A DNA stretch of 64,000 nucleotides from the human T2T-CHM13v2.0 reference genome, Homo sapiens, in the NCBI RefSeq assembly GCF_009914755.1, contig NC_060935.1; one strand, written 5' to 3'. Made by a program: the position numbers and the translations under genes. Below the pieces are notes generated by a model, which saw nothing but the letters and a program-made list of their open reading frames with translations, did not search any database and was not told the DNA's origin. Shown here one piece after another: positions 15,291-31,472 of the stretch (position 1 is its first letter; each line of letters opens with the position of its first letter).

Positions 15291-17104
15291 ATTTTAGTAA
15301 TGAAAATTGGATCCTGACCAACATGGTTTTCTAGAAGAGAAAGGACAAAGGCCTTTCATGGGCTGGATTAGGGGATAAAAGAAATTTGCTGGGATCTGGT
15401 AGCAAGTCAGATATTCCCAAGTGAGGGAGGAGGAAAGAGTCCTGAGAAAAGTCCTACCTGAAGAAAGAGTCCTACCTGAGAATATTTTGAGGCTAAGGAG
15501 CAAGAGGTAGGATTGAAACATGCTGCCCAGATTGTACTTAGGTTGTTGCTCAGTCTCTAGGCAGGAGGCAGAAAAGATGTTTTGACAATGAGGCAGCAAG
15601 CTCATGGCTCCAGCTGAAAGGCAGTATGGCCATGGCTGATGAATGATTTCCCAAAGATGAAATAAATGATGGCAGTGATAAGGATATAGAACTTTGAACT
15701 AAAAACATTAGCTGTTTGTTGAGTCCAAGTAGGTAGCCACTTGAATTGAAAGTAAATACATGGCCTTGCTGACTGACACAAAGCCGTTCTCCTTATGGCC
15801 TACACCCCCAAAAGTGCCACAAGGTAGTCCTAGATGAATGCCTACACATGCAGACCCCAAGTTTGGTAGTGGGGGTGGAGTGCTTAAAACTTACAGTGAG
15901 CAATAGGTAAACCTGCTCATTTCAAGGTAGCTTACTGCCAACAGAACACTGAGGTACAGCCCAAGAAGAATGGTCACGGCCTTAAATTCATATGAAGGAA
16001 GAAAATACATGCAGGAACACTCAGCGTTCCTGGCAGATTGCCTCTCCCAACAGTGTCTCCAGTGGGTCACCTTCGACAGTTTTATCAACCTACTCTAGAA
16101 CTTCTGATCCCTCTCTCTCTACAGCTTTAAGGAAAAAAAGCTCCCCATCTTTGGGGAAGGGAGGAATGCCCCTTTTACAGCTCCGTTCAATATAGGCATC
16201 CAAATCACTATCCTCCTTGGCCCCATGGGGACAGGGAAATCTGCACATAGAGGTGGTCAAAAATGCCAAATACCATGGGGCAGATCTACAATAGCATGCA
16301 GGAGAGCAGCGAAAAAAAAGGAGCCCTGAGCCCTGGGGGTGCTTGTCAGAGCCAACAGGTATTTGAAGGAAGAGGCAACACTGTTCTGGGGCAAGGAGTC
16401 AAAGTGGGATTACTTCCTAGTAACAACTGTCTCCTGCAGGCTAGCCTCTTCCACCTCCTCCTTCCACCACCTCTCACACTTCTGGCTGTGGAAATAACAT
16501 CATTTCTTGGCTGTGATCTCCAACATACCTATCTTAAACTGCTTGGTTTGGGTGCCCATAGGGGAGAAAAAGTACCTGAATTCAACTGGTAGGGTCTGTT
16601 AGCTTACAAGTAGGATAAAATTCACAGATGTGAAAGTTGTGGTAATGAAAATTGGATCCTGACCAACATGGTTTTCTAGAAGAGAAAGGACAAAGGCCTT
16701 TCACGGGCTGGTTTAGGGGATAATTGCATGGGAAAGGAAAATTAAAATGACCTGTGGATGGAGCCTCTAAACATTTAATGTACTGCTGTTTTATGGCTTT
16801 AGCATCAAAGTGTGTTGTTAATACCAATATACATTTAATTGAACTAGGAAAGTTTATAAGTCTCCCATTCAGGGACTACTGCAGTATAGAGAGATGTAGT
16901 CTAAAAGAAACAACATACAACCGCAAGAGGAAAAGAAATAAAAGCACAGGTTTAGTTGAAAACTTAGTTACTCCTGTAGTACTCAGGCCATTTTCCATTA
17001 TAACCAGCTATGTGGACTTTGCAGTCACCAAGGTGAAATATCCTGAGTACTCCAAGAGTGACCTTTAAAAAGATAGGCACCTCTTAGGCTGCTACTGAGC
17101 TCTT

Positions 17105-17610
17105 GAGGAAACAACAGCGGCCAGAGGAGCTTCCTGAAAGCGTAACTGATTCATTTATGCATACTGCAGGCAGTTATCACTATCCTGAGAGTCATCCTAT
17201 TGGAAATGTTGATAAGGAATTTGTTCTTGACTTTAGCTGCAGTCATCAGTGACACCACCTCAGCTCTGGATGGCACTTAAGTCAGCCTCAATTCATTGGC
17301 CAGGGTGGTTATGGGTGATAGAATTGCTCTTCCTCTTTGTGGGCCAAATTGGAGTCAGTGCAATCACTAATACATCCCACTGTGACTGGATTAATGTCTC
17401 AGACCGAGTACAGGGTCAATACAGAAACTTGAGAATGCCACTTGGCTTTCTAAGGTAGATCCTGATGGTTTATGATTGTTGGTTTTTTTTTCCTACCTTG
17501 TTGGATACAGGCCCTTGGATATGGCTGAAGTCAGTACTGATTGGTCTTATCCTGTTACATAGAGTTCTGTTGATAGTACCTTTAATTAAATGTAATAAAA
17601 TACTTTGAAT
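17105..17610 (+). pseudogene. Decayed retroviral env TM subunit
   Basis: Translates LEMLIRNLFLTLAAVISDTTSALDGT*VSLNSLARVVMGDRIAL, frameshift, FLFVGQIGVSAITNTSHCDWIN, then hydrophobic WIWLKSVLIGLILLHRVLLIVPLIKC. Confidence 0.8.
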
Positions 17611-17718
17611 GGACCTGGTTCCAGTTTCTGTCAGTTTAATTAGAGTGACAGGTGGAGTGGCATACTTATGGGAGAATTCATCAAAAGCCAAGAGGGCATA
17701 GAAATGAAAGGTGCATAT

Positions 17719-18122
17719 CGTTGGGAGACAGTTCTTCATGGGTCTCTAGCATTTCTGCATATTTTGCAAAGAGAGGCACTGACTATCTTTGTTCCAGACT
17801 ATTTGTCCAGGAATGTTTGTATAGTAAACAACCTTAGAAGGTATCAGAGCAAAGGGCGCACATGCTCACTGCCCATTATTGAAGATTCAGGTTCCCTAAC
17901 CTCAAAGTTCCTCTCCTTTAAGGCACTTCATTACATGTGCAGGTATCATCTGGCTCTCTGCGTCATCATATGGGAATTGGGGCTCAGAACTGGAACAAAT
18001 GCTGGTACTCTGGCTACTGCTATTGCTGTAAGTAACAAACTATCCTTTTTACAGGTAGTAACAGGCTATCTTGTTAGCTTGCAGGTAAGATAAAAATCTC
18101 AGACCCTTCACAATTCTTGACA
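17719..18122 (+). mobile_element. ERVL-class LTR (LTR40-like), putative 3' LTR
   Basis: ttgggagacagttcttcatgggtctct... ending aatctcagacccttcacaattcttgaca; preceded by a purine-rich tract. Confidence 0.8.
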
Positions 18123-19105
18123 GCCCCACTCCTACTTCTGCCTGTCCCATATCTTGGAAGCTCCCTAACTTCTGTAACAGGAAGTTCCCCCGATATTCCT
18201 GTGCCATCTTACTTGATCGCATTACTTAATACCCTTCTGCATCCCTCTTCCTTCAAACTTTTATATAATTCTGCTCTGCTAATACCTGTGCCAGGCCTGA
18301 TCCCCTCGCTTTAGTTGCTCACAGTCTGCTGAGAGTGTCAGACACTTAGACAATCTGAACACAGTAGAAGGAGGTGCAAAGTGCTATGGGGGCTTGAAAA
18401 GGAGTATTTGTTCTAGTATGGAGGTCTGGGAGGTCCTCATACAGGAAGTGAAAACTGAACCATGAGTGAGGAGTTGGGCCATTTTACAGATGAGGAACCT
18501 GAGGCACAGAAGTTAAATAAGTTGCCGAGATCACTCAGCTAGGAAGTGGGAAGAGAGGATTGGAGCCAGGATTCTCTACCTCTAAATATAGAAATTGCTC
18601 TTTAACTTCACTTTCTCAGGCATAAGATGAGACCATCTGAGTTTACCTCAAAGAATTGAGAAAGATTTGGTATTAGCTTTGGGTCTATAAAATTTGAGAT
18701 CCACAGAGTTGGTGATTGTGAACTTGGAGAAGTCTGATAAAGAACCCCAGGACATGACCCGGTTTTTATAAAGGAAATATTTCAGACAAATAAGGCTTAA
18801 AGAATAATAAGATGAATATTTGTGAACCTACTGCCATTAAAAATATATATATTACCAATACAGTTGAAGTCCTCAGGGTATCCTTAATCATATCTTACTT
18901 CCTGCACTTTCAGAAGTTACTACTACCTGGAATGTGGTGTTTATTATTCGTAAGCATTTTCTTCATACATATGTGTCCATTATATATATGGATATATACA
19001 GATATATAGAGACATATATGGTTATTTTTTAATTTTATTTTTACCTCCTTGGGAGCTCTTATACAATATATATGGTTATTGTTTTACCTGTTTTTAAACT
19101 TTATA

Positions 19106-19645
19106 TGTGGTTTTTGATTGAGAGTCTCCCAAACAACCCGTGTTCAGGTATTTGCTAGAAGGACCCACGCGACTCAGCATATATGACTAAGATTTATTCT
19201 TCGATAAAATAAGGACACATCTGGATCATAAGGGAAAAGGACACTGGCAGAGTCTGGAGGAATCCATTTGCAGGCTTCCTTATGCTCTTCCTCCCATGAG
19301 GGATTGCAAAGAGCCCACTTTGCCCCAACAACAAAAATGCAGCAACACGTGTGTAATGTTTCTGTCCAGGGAGCCCATTAGAGAGTACCCACAGTTTATT
19401 GAGGTTTGGTCATGTGGGCACCATCTGCCTAGCACATAATAAAGACTCCTAGAAAGCAAGCAGGTATCCACCATAAATCATACTGCAATCAAACAGTCTA
19501 CATAGTCAACTACCCTTTTCAGTTAACTGGTGACTGGGAACACTTTGAGAGCCAAGTTTCCAGACACCTGTCAAAAAACACCAACCTTGCAAGCAGGCCT
19601 TCCTAAGGATAACCTGTTAGGCCTGCTATGGTAAATCTGCACAAG
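19106..19645. mobile_element. MER21-like LTR within old L1 sequence
   Basis: ttgctagaaggacccacgcgactcagcat and gcagagtctggaggaatcca resemble the recalled MER21 consensus. Confidence 0.6.
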
Positions 19646-21094
19646 TACCATTCTCTCTGTATTGTGCAACTTGCTTTTTTGTTCAATATTTTGTTTGTGA
19701 AGATAATTTAGATTGATACCTGTAGCTACAATTTATTCTATTTCACTGCTGTATACTGTTAAACATGACAGTTTATTTACCCTATTAATGGACATTTAGG
19801 TCTTTTATAATTTTTCACTATTAAACATTTGCTGCTATGAGCATTCTTGTATGGACACATCTAATACAGGTAGTGGGATTCCTTGGTGGGAGAGGATATA
19901 CATTTTTACTTTTCTAGGTATTGCTAAATTTTCCTCTAAAGCGACTGTACCAATTTACATTCCTTCTATTAATGAAGGAAATACAAGATTGGAATAATTG
20001 GGATAGTTGTGTTATCTTTGTGAATAGATTTTAAAATACTGATTTAGATTTTTAAATAGTTGTAAGACTTCACATTTTCCATATCTTAGTTTGGTAACTT
20101 TTTCTAAAACTGTATTAACTTTATCTAGATTTTCAAACTTAAGGAATAAAGTTTGTTTAATATTTATTACTCATCTCTGTTGTATCCCTGCATATAGTCT
20201 CCTTTTCATTAATATCATTTATAACTTTTAAAAATGAGTCTTGCCAGAGGGTTTGTCCGGTTTATTAGATATGTCAAGACTAATATTTGCTTTTGTCAGT
20301 CCCCTCTATTGTACTTTGCTTCTTGTTTCATTTATTCTGTTCTTATTTTCATCATTTCCTTTTCTACCTTTTTGGGATTTATTCTGTTCTTCCTTTTCTA
20401 CATTCTTAAGTTAGATCCTTAACTCATTACTGTTTTGTTTTTCTTATCTCCTGGTATAGGGTCTTTATTTGAGTTCTCCCAGAGGCAAGTTCTGAGACCA
20501 GGACCTGAGGGCAATAGTATATGTGAGAGATGCAGGGAGTGCCATAATGAGGTGGGAAAGTAGGAAGGGAAGAAAAGGTGAGCAATAAGGGTGTAGCTTT
20601 TAGTAGCTATTGATAATTGCTGTCTAGATTCATTAAATTCATTTTGTCATTAAAGGACAAAATGATGAAATTCTATCATTCATTTGGCATTGGTCAGTTA
20701 ATTATTTTATGAAGGAGAACTTTTCCCCATCAACTATTTAGTTACCCAGAAATAGGGTTTGTACAGGAAAGGCAGAATAAAAAGCTGCTTTCCTTAGCAA
20801 ACTCTGAGGTGACCAAAGTGACATTTTTCTCCATATGTCGATATGAACTTTCTTTGCAGTCCTTGTTCTTTTTGATGTTCTAATTTTTCCATATTTGGCC
20901 AGTGGAATCACCTTCAAATTGATTCTTACCTTCTTTTGACATGACCTGAAATAGTCTTTTATGGCTTTCTTGCTTTCTGTTAAGATGTTCTAGGCTAATC
21001 TTATAAATTTTCTTCCCTGCACCTAAAATCAGCCATTTTTTTCATGGAACCCTGGTTCCTTTGGGGACAAAATAGTATTTTAAGACCCATTATT

Positions 21095-21518
<424 letters not shown>

Positions 21519-21739
21519 TCAAAGAACCCTCATCATTTTGTGAGTTCTTTCCTTGTGGCACCACGATGTTCCAGGCTCATCTTGTATGTTCCCTGCCTCA
21601 GCACAGGATTTTTTTTAATGAGAAAAATATCACGAATTCAAATTTACAGAAGCTTTACATTTTTATGTCCTCTAAGTTAGCAGTCTGTCTTTCCTTTTAT
21701 TGGCGTTTGTAAAATTTCTTCTTTTTAAAATTGTTATAT

Positions 21740-21890
21740 TTTAGAGACAGGGTCTCGCTCTGTCACCCAGGCTGGAGTGCAGTGGTGCAATCACAGCTCA
21801 CCACAGCCTCCAACTCCTGGGCTCAAGGCATCCTCCCACGTAGGCCTTCCAAAGCGCTGAGATTGTAGGCATAAGCCACCAGGCCCAGCC
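21740..21890 (-). mobile_element. Alu monomer (FLAM/AluJ)
   Basis: Single-arm Alu sequence. Confidence 0.8.
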
Positions 21891-22179
21891 TATTACCTTT
21901 ACGTTGTACTTAGTCCCAGATAAAAAATGACCTTAGATCAGTCCTTTCCTCTTTGGCTGGGGAGAGGGGGGCTTAAATTCCGGTACTGTGAAACAGAAGA
22001 ATGGACTCAGTGCTATGTGACAAATCTATGTATGTAAATGTGTGTATATACACACACATAAATTATATATATGAATATATTTTCATTTTCATATTTTGCA
22101 AGGAGAGTAGCCAATGCTCTGGACCTCTGGTCCTTTTTGTAGGGTACCCTCTGAGGCCGGGAACCTTTGCTCAACTCTC

Positions 22180-22760
22180 AGGCTGTCCAGGGAAGCTTTA
22201 GGCGGTGATACCGAGCTACAGACCAATATAAGAGCTCGGGGCTGTGGCACTGAAGAGAGGAGGCGGCCGTTGGGAACTGAGGTGGGCCCAGGGCTTGAGC
22301 TGAGTTGGCGAGGGTGGAGGTGGTGCCGGTCCCACGCCGTGGTGGGGACCGAGCTGCGGGCTGGAGGGAGGGGCAGCGCCGAGGGGGCGGGACGGGGAGG
22401 GCTCGCGGAGTAGGCCAACGGTTGGCCCCAACCGCCACTGACTACAGCCTGCGCCCGCCTCTTTTCGTTGCCGTTACCTGTTTCCGGCAGTCGACACGCT
22501 CTTCGCTTCTCGGGGCTTGTCTCCGTGTCCTCCGTCTCAGTTGTTTCTCCCTCTCTATCCTCCTCTGTCTCAGTCTCCCCAGCCTTGGGGCCGGTGCCTC
22601 TTCCGGGCTTCGGCGAATGAGACCTGCGGACCTGCCCCCGCGCCCCATGGAAGAATCCCCGGCGTCCAGCTCTGCCCCGACAGAGACGGAGGAGCCGGGG
22701 TCCAGTGCAGGTGAGCGGGGTTGGGAGACAGGAGAGCTCCCCGAGGAGGACTCAACTGTG
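22180..22760 (+). promoter_or_regulatory. NEU3: CpG-island promoter and exon 1 region of NEU3
   Basis: High GC and CpG density; GC box gggggcggg ~22383; CCAAT ~22223; ETS-like ttccgg ~22482; no obvious TATA box. Confidence 0.88.
22617..22710 (+). CDS. NEU3: Sialidase-3 coding exon 1 (MRPADLPPRPMEESPASSSAPTETEEPGSSA)
   Basis: ATG 22617, donor CAG|gtgagc; 94 nt, in phase with exon 2. Confidence 0.93.
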
Positions 22761-23847
22761 GGGACAGGTTGAGCAAGACCATCTGCGTTTGGGAAATCCA
22801 GCCTTGGATTATTGAGACAGAGCCACCTAGTCGGCTAGGATCTGACCTGGCCAGAGAATTCTTGGCTAGTCCTATTTTTATTCGTTCTCACAGAAGCCGA
22901 ACTTAAACCTCAGAATTATCACTCCAGAGATGAAAGGGAACTGAGACTGGAAAAGCCCTGCTTACCAAAGGTCTCTGGGCGGCAGAAAGAGCCCTGAGCT
23001 TCAGTTTCAACTTAGGAGACCTGGGTCTTGGTCCAGATTTTACTGTGGAGTGGCGTTCAGTAAGCTTTGTCCCCATCCCGGGCCCGAGTTTTCCCATCTA
23101 TACCATGAGAGGGTTTAGACTACAGATCTTCAAAGGTCTGGCACGTGGTAGGTGCTCCTTAAATATTACTTGTTAGGAGTGAATAAATGAGATAGGAAGG
23201 CCTCCTGGGATTCACTGGAGGCTCATTGGGTTAGTTGGAGGCTGTGGAATTACATTATTATAGTCTGAGAAGTAGGCGGTATTATCTCCATTTTATAAGT
23301 GAGGAAACTGAAGCTCAGAAGTAAAGTGACTTGCTAGTAAGTGTCAAAGATAAGTCAGACTTCAGAGTCCATGCTAGGCTATACTCTCTCCCAGTAAGAA
23401 AGCGGGGAGGACTTGATGGGAAAGTGATTATATCGAGCAGCAAGTAATCATTTGAATTCTCTGCTTAAATGAACCCCAGAGCAGGCCCATATCTGATTAT
23501 TTTCTATCCCGTTTCCAGCACCTGATTTGTGTGAAACGTTTTGGGTGGCAATGCCAGAATCACCATCTATATTACTTCTGTCATCAACACGATCAGCATA
23601 ATTACAAAAATTAATGGCTCTAATTGTTATAGTGATAATAAAGCATAAATGAAATTGTGAGGACATCAAAATTTATAATTAAAGACACCTATTAAAACAG
23701 CAGTTTAAAATTTATAAAACACTTTTGAGTGGTTCTTCATATTGATCTGCTTAGGTAGGTATTATTATCCATAGTTTACAAGCAAGGAATCCAAGACCTA
23801 GAGGTTGAGTAACCATCAAAACGTCATGCAGCAAGAAATGGAGCTGA

Positions 23848-24231
<384 letters not shown>

Positions 24232-26151
24232 TGAGCCCTAACCCGCTCCATGCCTATCCTGTGCTCCATTCTTCTTATCACCTGGAGAATTCCTGTTTAG
24301 ATTTAACTAATAGTCACATGTTGACTGATGATAGTAGTGTTGGTTTAACTTGTAATTAAGGTGTTAAGAGTTTAAAGTATGTTCTCTTTCAGCAATAAAG
24401 GGGGATTTAAATGTTTTTAAGAAAGGGAGTTGTAATTGTTATTATTGTCATTGTTATCCACAGGATTCAAGGAATAAAACTAGAATATACAGTAATTGGT
24501 AGTTTAAAAATAATAACTGTCATATATTGCACTCATACTATGTCATAGGCCTTGTAATAGCCACTGTAGTTAAGCATTTTATTTCTATCACCTACTCTGC
24601 TGAATTGTATAGGGGAGGATCCTGAAGCATAGAGAAGTTGAATAACATGCCCAAGGTCACATAGTCCTGGCCTGGTCCAAATCCTATGTTCTTAACCATT
24701 ACACCAGCCTGGCTCAGAGACAGATTGTTTGCTTAGAACAAAGCCTGACCCTCCCGGGGAGGAGAGCCTGAATTGAGGGGAGAGAAGTATGCTCTAGTAT
24801 TGAGTGAGAAGATGGTCTCCCCTTGCTTATCTTTTGATTCTGCTGTTGAGAGCCTGGGATTGAAATGAAGGGAGGCTTTTCTTCTGGACTCAGCAAGGCC
24901 ACTCTCCCAGTTCCCCTCATGATACTGAGCAATAGTTCTTTTCCCTTCTTCAAGTTAGGAACAAGTGACTAAATATTCATATGCTATTGATAAAAGTTTG
25001 TCTTGGTTGACACTAGGAGGCTGTAGCCAAAAGCAGTGCAACTTTGCCGTATGGTTCACTGTCCTGAAAGCTTCCTGGAAGATTGGTCTAAAATCATCAT
25101 GCCATTCCTCTGTCAAAAATTCTTGAGTGGTCTCCCATCTGTGGAATAAACACCTTAATAAGTTATCTAAGCCTCCCAGGATCTGGACTGTGCTGACCCC
25201 TTCAGTCCCACCTCTGCCCCCATCCCTTGCACTCCACCTTACTGTAGTCACACTAAACTACTGAGAGGCCCCAAAACTCACTGTTTTCTGTTGCCTATAG
25301 GCTTTTCACATCCTTGTCCTCTGCGCTTCTCCTTTTAACCCTCAGTTGGCTAATCCACTGTTCATTCTTTAAGATCTGGCTCACTGATTCATTCAATCAT
25401 TCAACAAAAATTTGTTGAGTGCCTATTACTTAATAGGCATAGTTCTAGGTGTCAAGGCGGAGCAATAAGAAAACAGACATACCCTTGCTGTTTCTGGAGC
25501 TTCCATTTTGTGGTATGTATTAAACAAATGTAACATAGGAGGCATCAAAGTGTGATAAGTGGTGTGGAGAATAGAACAAGGAAAGAAGATAGGCTGGGGC
25601 AAAGGAGTTGACAGAGAAACCTTCCTGATTGGATGATGTTTGAGCAGAGCTGAAGAAGGTGAGGGAGCGTTATGTGGCTATCTGAAACGAGTGTTCCAGG
25701 CAGAGCCTGTGACTATATGAGGCAGGAGTTCTTTTGGCTCAATCATTCTCTCCAAAAATCCTTCTCTGGTGCCTTGATCTGGATAGATGCCACTTTTGTG
25801 TTTTTCTACTTGCTGTTGTGTTTACCTCTAAAGTAGCACTTATTACATCATGTTATAATTGTCCATGTATATGTCTGTTTCCCTCACTTGGATTGGGTTT
25901 CTTGAGAGCAGGAACCTCTGATCCTTCTCTGTCTTCTCAGCATCTATTTTAGGGCCTGACACAGAGGAGGAACCTAGAAATATTTATTGAATCAATTGTT
26001 CTTACAGCCTGATAATATTTACAAATGATTTGTAAAATTGGGTTTGGATGACAGTTGGTTTGAGGAAAAAGTAATTCTAAGGCTGCTTTTTGTCTGTCTG
26101 GCTTGATTCCCCTTTTGGACCTCTGAGAAGTGGAACACCTGGTTTTCTTTA

Positions 26152-26530
<379 letters not shown>

Positions 26531-26739
26531 AACAAAGCCCTTTATAGCTGAATTTGCAAGAAAGTAAGAGAAATCTCCAGGGACCTAGAAACCAAGAGTG
26601 AACTGAAAACCAGAGTGGTTAGCTCCTTAATCTGCCCTCAGCTGCACTGGATGTCTCACCTAGAAACTTGGACTTTAATAGGCCTGTTGTTATACCAAAT
26701 GAAGCTATAGGTCCGCATGGGTTAGACTCTAGTGGGTTT

Positions 26740-27059
26740 TTTGTTGTCGTTGTTGGTGTTTTTTTGTTTTTGTTTTTGAGATGGAGTCTTGCTCCGTCTC
26801 CCAGGCTGGAGTGCAGTGGGGCAATCTCAGCTCACTGCAAGCTCTGCCTCCTGGGTTCACACCATTCTCCTGCCTCAGCCTCCTGAGTAGCTGGGACCAC
26901 AGGTGCCTGCCAGCACACCCGGCTAATTTTTTTGTATTTTTAGTAGAGATGGGGTTTCACCATGTTAGCCAGGATGGTCTCGATCTCCTGACCTCGTGAT
27001 CCGCCCACCTTGGCCTCCCAAAGTGCTGGGATTACAGGTGTGAGCCACCACGCCCGGCC
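26740..27059 (-). mobile_element. AluY/Sc-like
   Basis: Full Alu; TSD ggttagactctagt. Confidence 0.92.
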
Positions 27060-27172
27060 TGGTTAGACTCTAGTTTTTGACAGAGGATGGCATGTGAAAT
27101 ACTCACATGAAGCTAGGTCCCTTGAAAATCTGCACCCTGTGTAGGGTGTATACCTTCTGATAGGGTGGACTA

Positions 27173-27568
27173 GTATCTTAATTCACTTTCTGTTGCTTAT
27201 AACAGAATACGTGAAACTGGGTAACTTATAAAGAAAAGAAATTTCTTGCAGTTATGGAGTCCGAGAAATCCAAGGTCCAGAGGCCACATCTGGTGAGGGC
27301 TTTCTTGCTGGTGGGGACTCTGCAGAGTCTGGAGGTGGCATAGGGCATCACATGGCAAGGGGGCTGATTATGCTAGCTCAGATCTCTAGTTTTCCTCTTA
27401 TAAAGCCCCTAATGCACTCCCATGATAACCCATTCATCCATTCATCCATTCATGAGGACAGAGCCCTTATAACCCTATCATCTCTTAGAGGCCCCACCTC
27501 TCAACACTGCCATATCAGGGATTAAGTTTCAACATGAGTTTTAGAGGGGACAAATATCAAACCAGATC
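27173..27568 (-). mobile_element. MaLR solo LTR (MST/MLT1A-like)
   Basis: gttgcttataacagaatac...aaactgggtaacttataaag...catctggtgagggc...tttcaacatgagttttagaggggacaaatatcaaacc. Confidence 0.8.
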
Positions 27569-27997
27569 TACTAGGAAAAAAAAAAATTCTCCCTACTGAC
27601 ACAGATAGAAGACAAAGAGATTGCCTTTTATCCTAGGCTTTCGTACAGAAAAAAAGTTTTCCCAGAAAATTCTTAACCATAGGCATTCACTCATACAGAT
27701 ACCCAAATGGCCTAGAAACTCCAAGCCAAGAAGTTGATAATAAAAACCACCTCAGGCTGGTAATACCCCTGGATGCTTGGCAAAAACAAATGCAAAACCG
27801 CTCTGCTCCAAGATACATACTTGATACAGGCCACATAGAATTCCCACAGGGTCTGGAGTTAATGAAATTCTCATTTGTTAAACAAGAATGTATATTGCTT
27901 GCTTTGTGCTATTGAGAGCATATGTTATTCTTGTATAAAGAAACATTTGAATATATCTGTGCCCCCCCACCTTTGCTCTCCAGAAGTGAAATGATGA

Positions 27998-28480
<483 letters not shown>

Positions 28481-29411
28481 TAGGTACTGTTTTCAGTCAT
28501 ATTTTACAGACAAGGAAACTGAGACTCAGAGAGGTTGCCATTTGCTCAAGGTTATACAGCTATAATAAAGCAGTAGAAGCTGGTTTCAAACTCAGTCGCT
28601 GACTCCAGAGACCTCCACAGTTATTTAGATTCAGCTAACGTATGATGTGCCTTTCATTTATATTCCATTTAATCCTCATAAATCACCCAGGGAAGTAAGC
28701 ATTGGTAGTCCAGTTTTGCTGATGAGAGATCCTAGTGCTCCAAGAGGTAAGTAACTTGCTCAGGACCACATTTAGCAGGTGACAGGGGGATACCAGTAAT
28801 AACCACGCTTCTACTACTAAATGCTGTATGTGAGGTATATTTTATTATCCCCATTTTGCAGGAGGCAACCAGGCCTGAGAATTAAGGTCATTTGCTTTGG
28901 TCACGCGTCTAATAAGTGGGAGAACTGGAGTTAGAGCCCTTCCTCTTCAGTAGAACATTTTGACTGTATTTTTAGTGAGGAAAGAAGGGTTACTGCTCTT
29001 TGGCCTGGAAGCCACAGGGTTATTTCAGATCCCAAATAGGCATACGTCGGAGATATTGTGGATTTGGTTCCAGACCACCACACTAAAGTGACTATCACAA
29101 TAAAACAAGACACATAAATTTTTTGGTTTCCCAGTGCATATAAAAGTTATGTTTACACTATACTGTAGTCTGTTAAGTGTGTAGTAGCATTATGTCTAAC
29201 AAAAAGTACACACCTTAAAATACTGCTGAAAAGTGCTAATGATTATTTGAACCTTTGGCTAGTCAATCTTTTTGCTGGAGTGGGTCTTGCCCTGATGTTG
29301 GTGACTGCTGACTTATCAGGGTGGTGGTTGCTGAAGATTTAGTGTATTATTATTATTATTATTATTATTATTTTTCTAGAAGCATTTCTTACTTACATAG
29401 ATAATTTCTTA

Positions 29412-29720
<309 letters not shown>

Positions 29721-31115
29721 TAAGACAACAATGAAGTTTGCTGAAACAGTTGACACTTCCTTTCACAAAAGATTTCTCTGTAGCATGCAATGCTACAGAA
29801 TTTGATAGCATTTTTCCCATAGTAGAACTTATAAATGAATCCTCTCAAACCCTGCTGCTGCTTTATCAACTAAGTTGATGTAATATTTTAAATCCTTTGT
29901 TGCCATTTTGACAATGTTTACAGCATCTTCACCAGAAGTAGATCCCATCTCAAAAAACTACTTTATTTGCTCATCTATAAGAAGCAACTCATTTATTCAA
30001 GTTTTATCATGAGATTGCAGCAATTTAGTCACATCTTCAGGCTCCACTTCTAATTCTCTTGCTATTTCCACCATATCTGCAGTTACTTCCTCTACTGAAG
30101 TTTTGAACCCCTCAAAATCATGAGTATGGGAATCAACTTCTCAATGTCTCTTAATGTTAATATTATGACCTCCCATGAATCATGAATGTTCTGAATGGCA
30201 TCTAGACTAGTGGAATTTTTCCAGAAGGTTTTCAGTTTACTTTGACCAGATTCATCAGAGTAATCACTATCTATGGCAACTATAGTCTTATGAAATATTT
30301 CTTAAATAATGAAACTTGGAAGTTGAAATGACTCCTTGATCCGTGGGCTACAGAATGGATGTTGTATTAGTGGCCGTGAAAACAACATTAATCTCCTCAT
30401 ACATCTCCATCAGAGCTCCTGGATGACAAGGTACGTTGTCAATGACCAGTAATATTTTGAAAGGAATCTTTTTTCCTGAGCAGTAGGTCTCAACAGGGGG
30501 CTGTAAACAGAAGTGCTTCATCCAGGCTTTGTTTTTAGAGCACTGGCAGAGTAGATTTAGGATAATTCTTAAGAGCCCTAGGATTTTCTGAGTGATAAAT
30601 GAGCATTGACCTCAACTTAAAGTCACCAGCCCGTCCTTTGAAGGTTTGAAGCCAGACATTGACTTCTCTCTAGCATGAAAGTCCTAGATGGCATCTTTCA
30701 GTAGAAGGCTGTTTTGTCTACAGGGAAAATCTGTTGTTTGGTGTAGCCACCTTTGTCAGTTACCTTAACTAGATCTTCTGGATAACTGGCTATAGCTTCT
30801 CCCATCAGCACTTGCTGCTTCACCTTGCCCTTTTAAGTTACGGAGACAGCTTCTTGCCTTAAACCTCATGAACCATCCTCTGCTACTTTCCAACTTTTCT
30901 TGTGCAGCTTCCATACCTCTCTCAGCCTTTGTAGAACTGAAGAGAGTTAGAACTTTGCCCTGGTTTAGGCTTTGTCTTAAGGGAATGCTATGGCTGGTCT
31001 GATCTTTTATCCAGACCTCTAAAGCTTTCTCCCTATCAGCAATAAGGCTGTTTTGCTTTCTTATCATTCCTGTATTCACTGGAGTAGCACTTTTAATTTC
31101 CTTCAAGAACTTTTC

Positions 31116-31472
<357 letters not shown>

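Noticed and set aside
22089-22782. Cluster of overlapping ORFs on both strands
   Set aside because: Expected stop-codon scarcity in a CpG island; only 22617-22710 is supported as coding.
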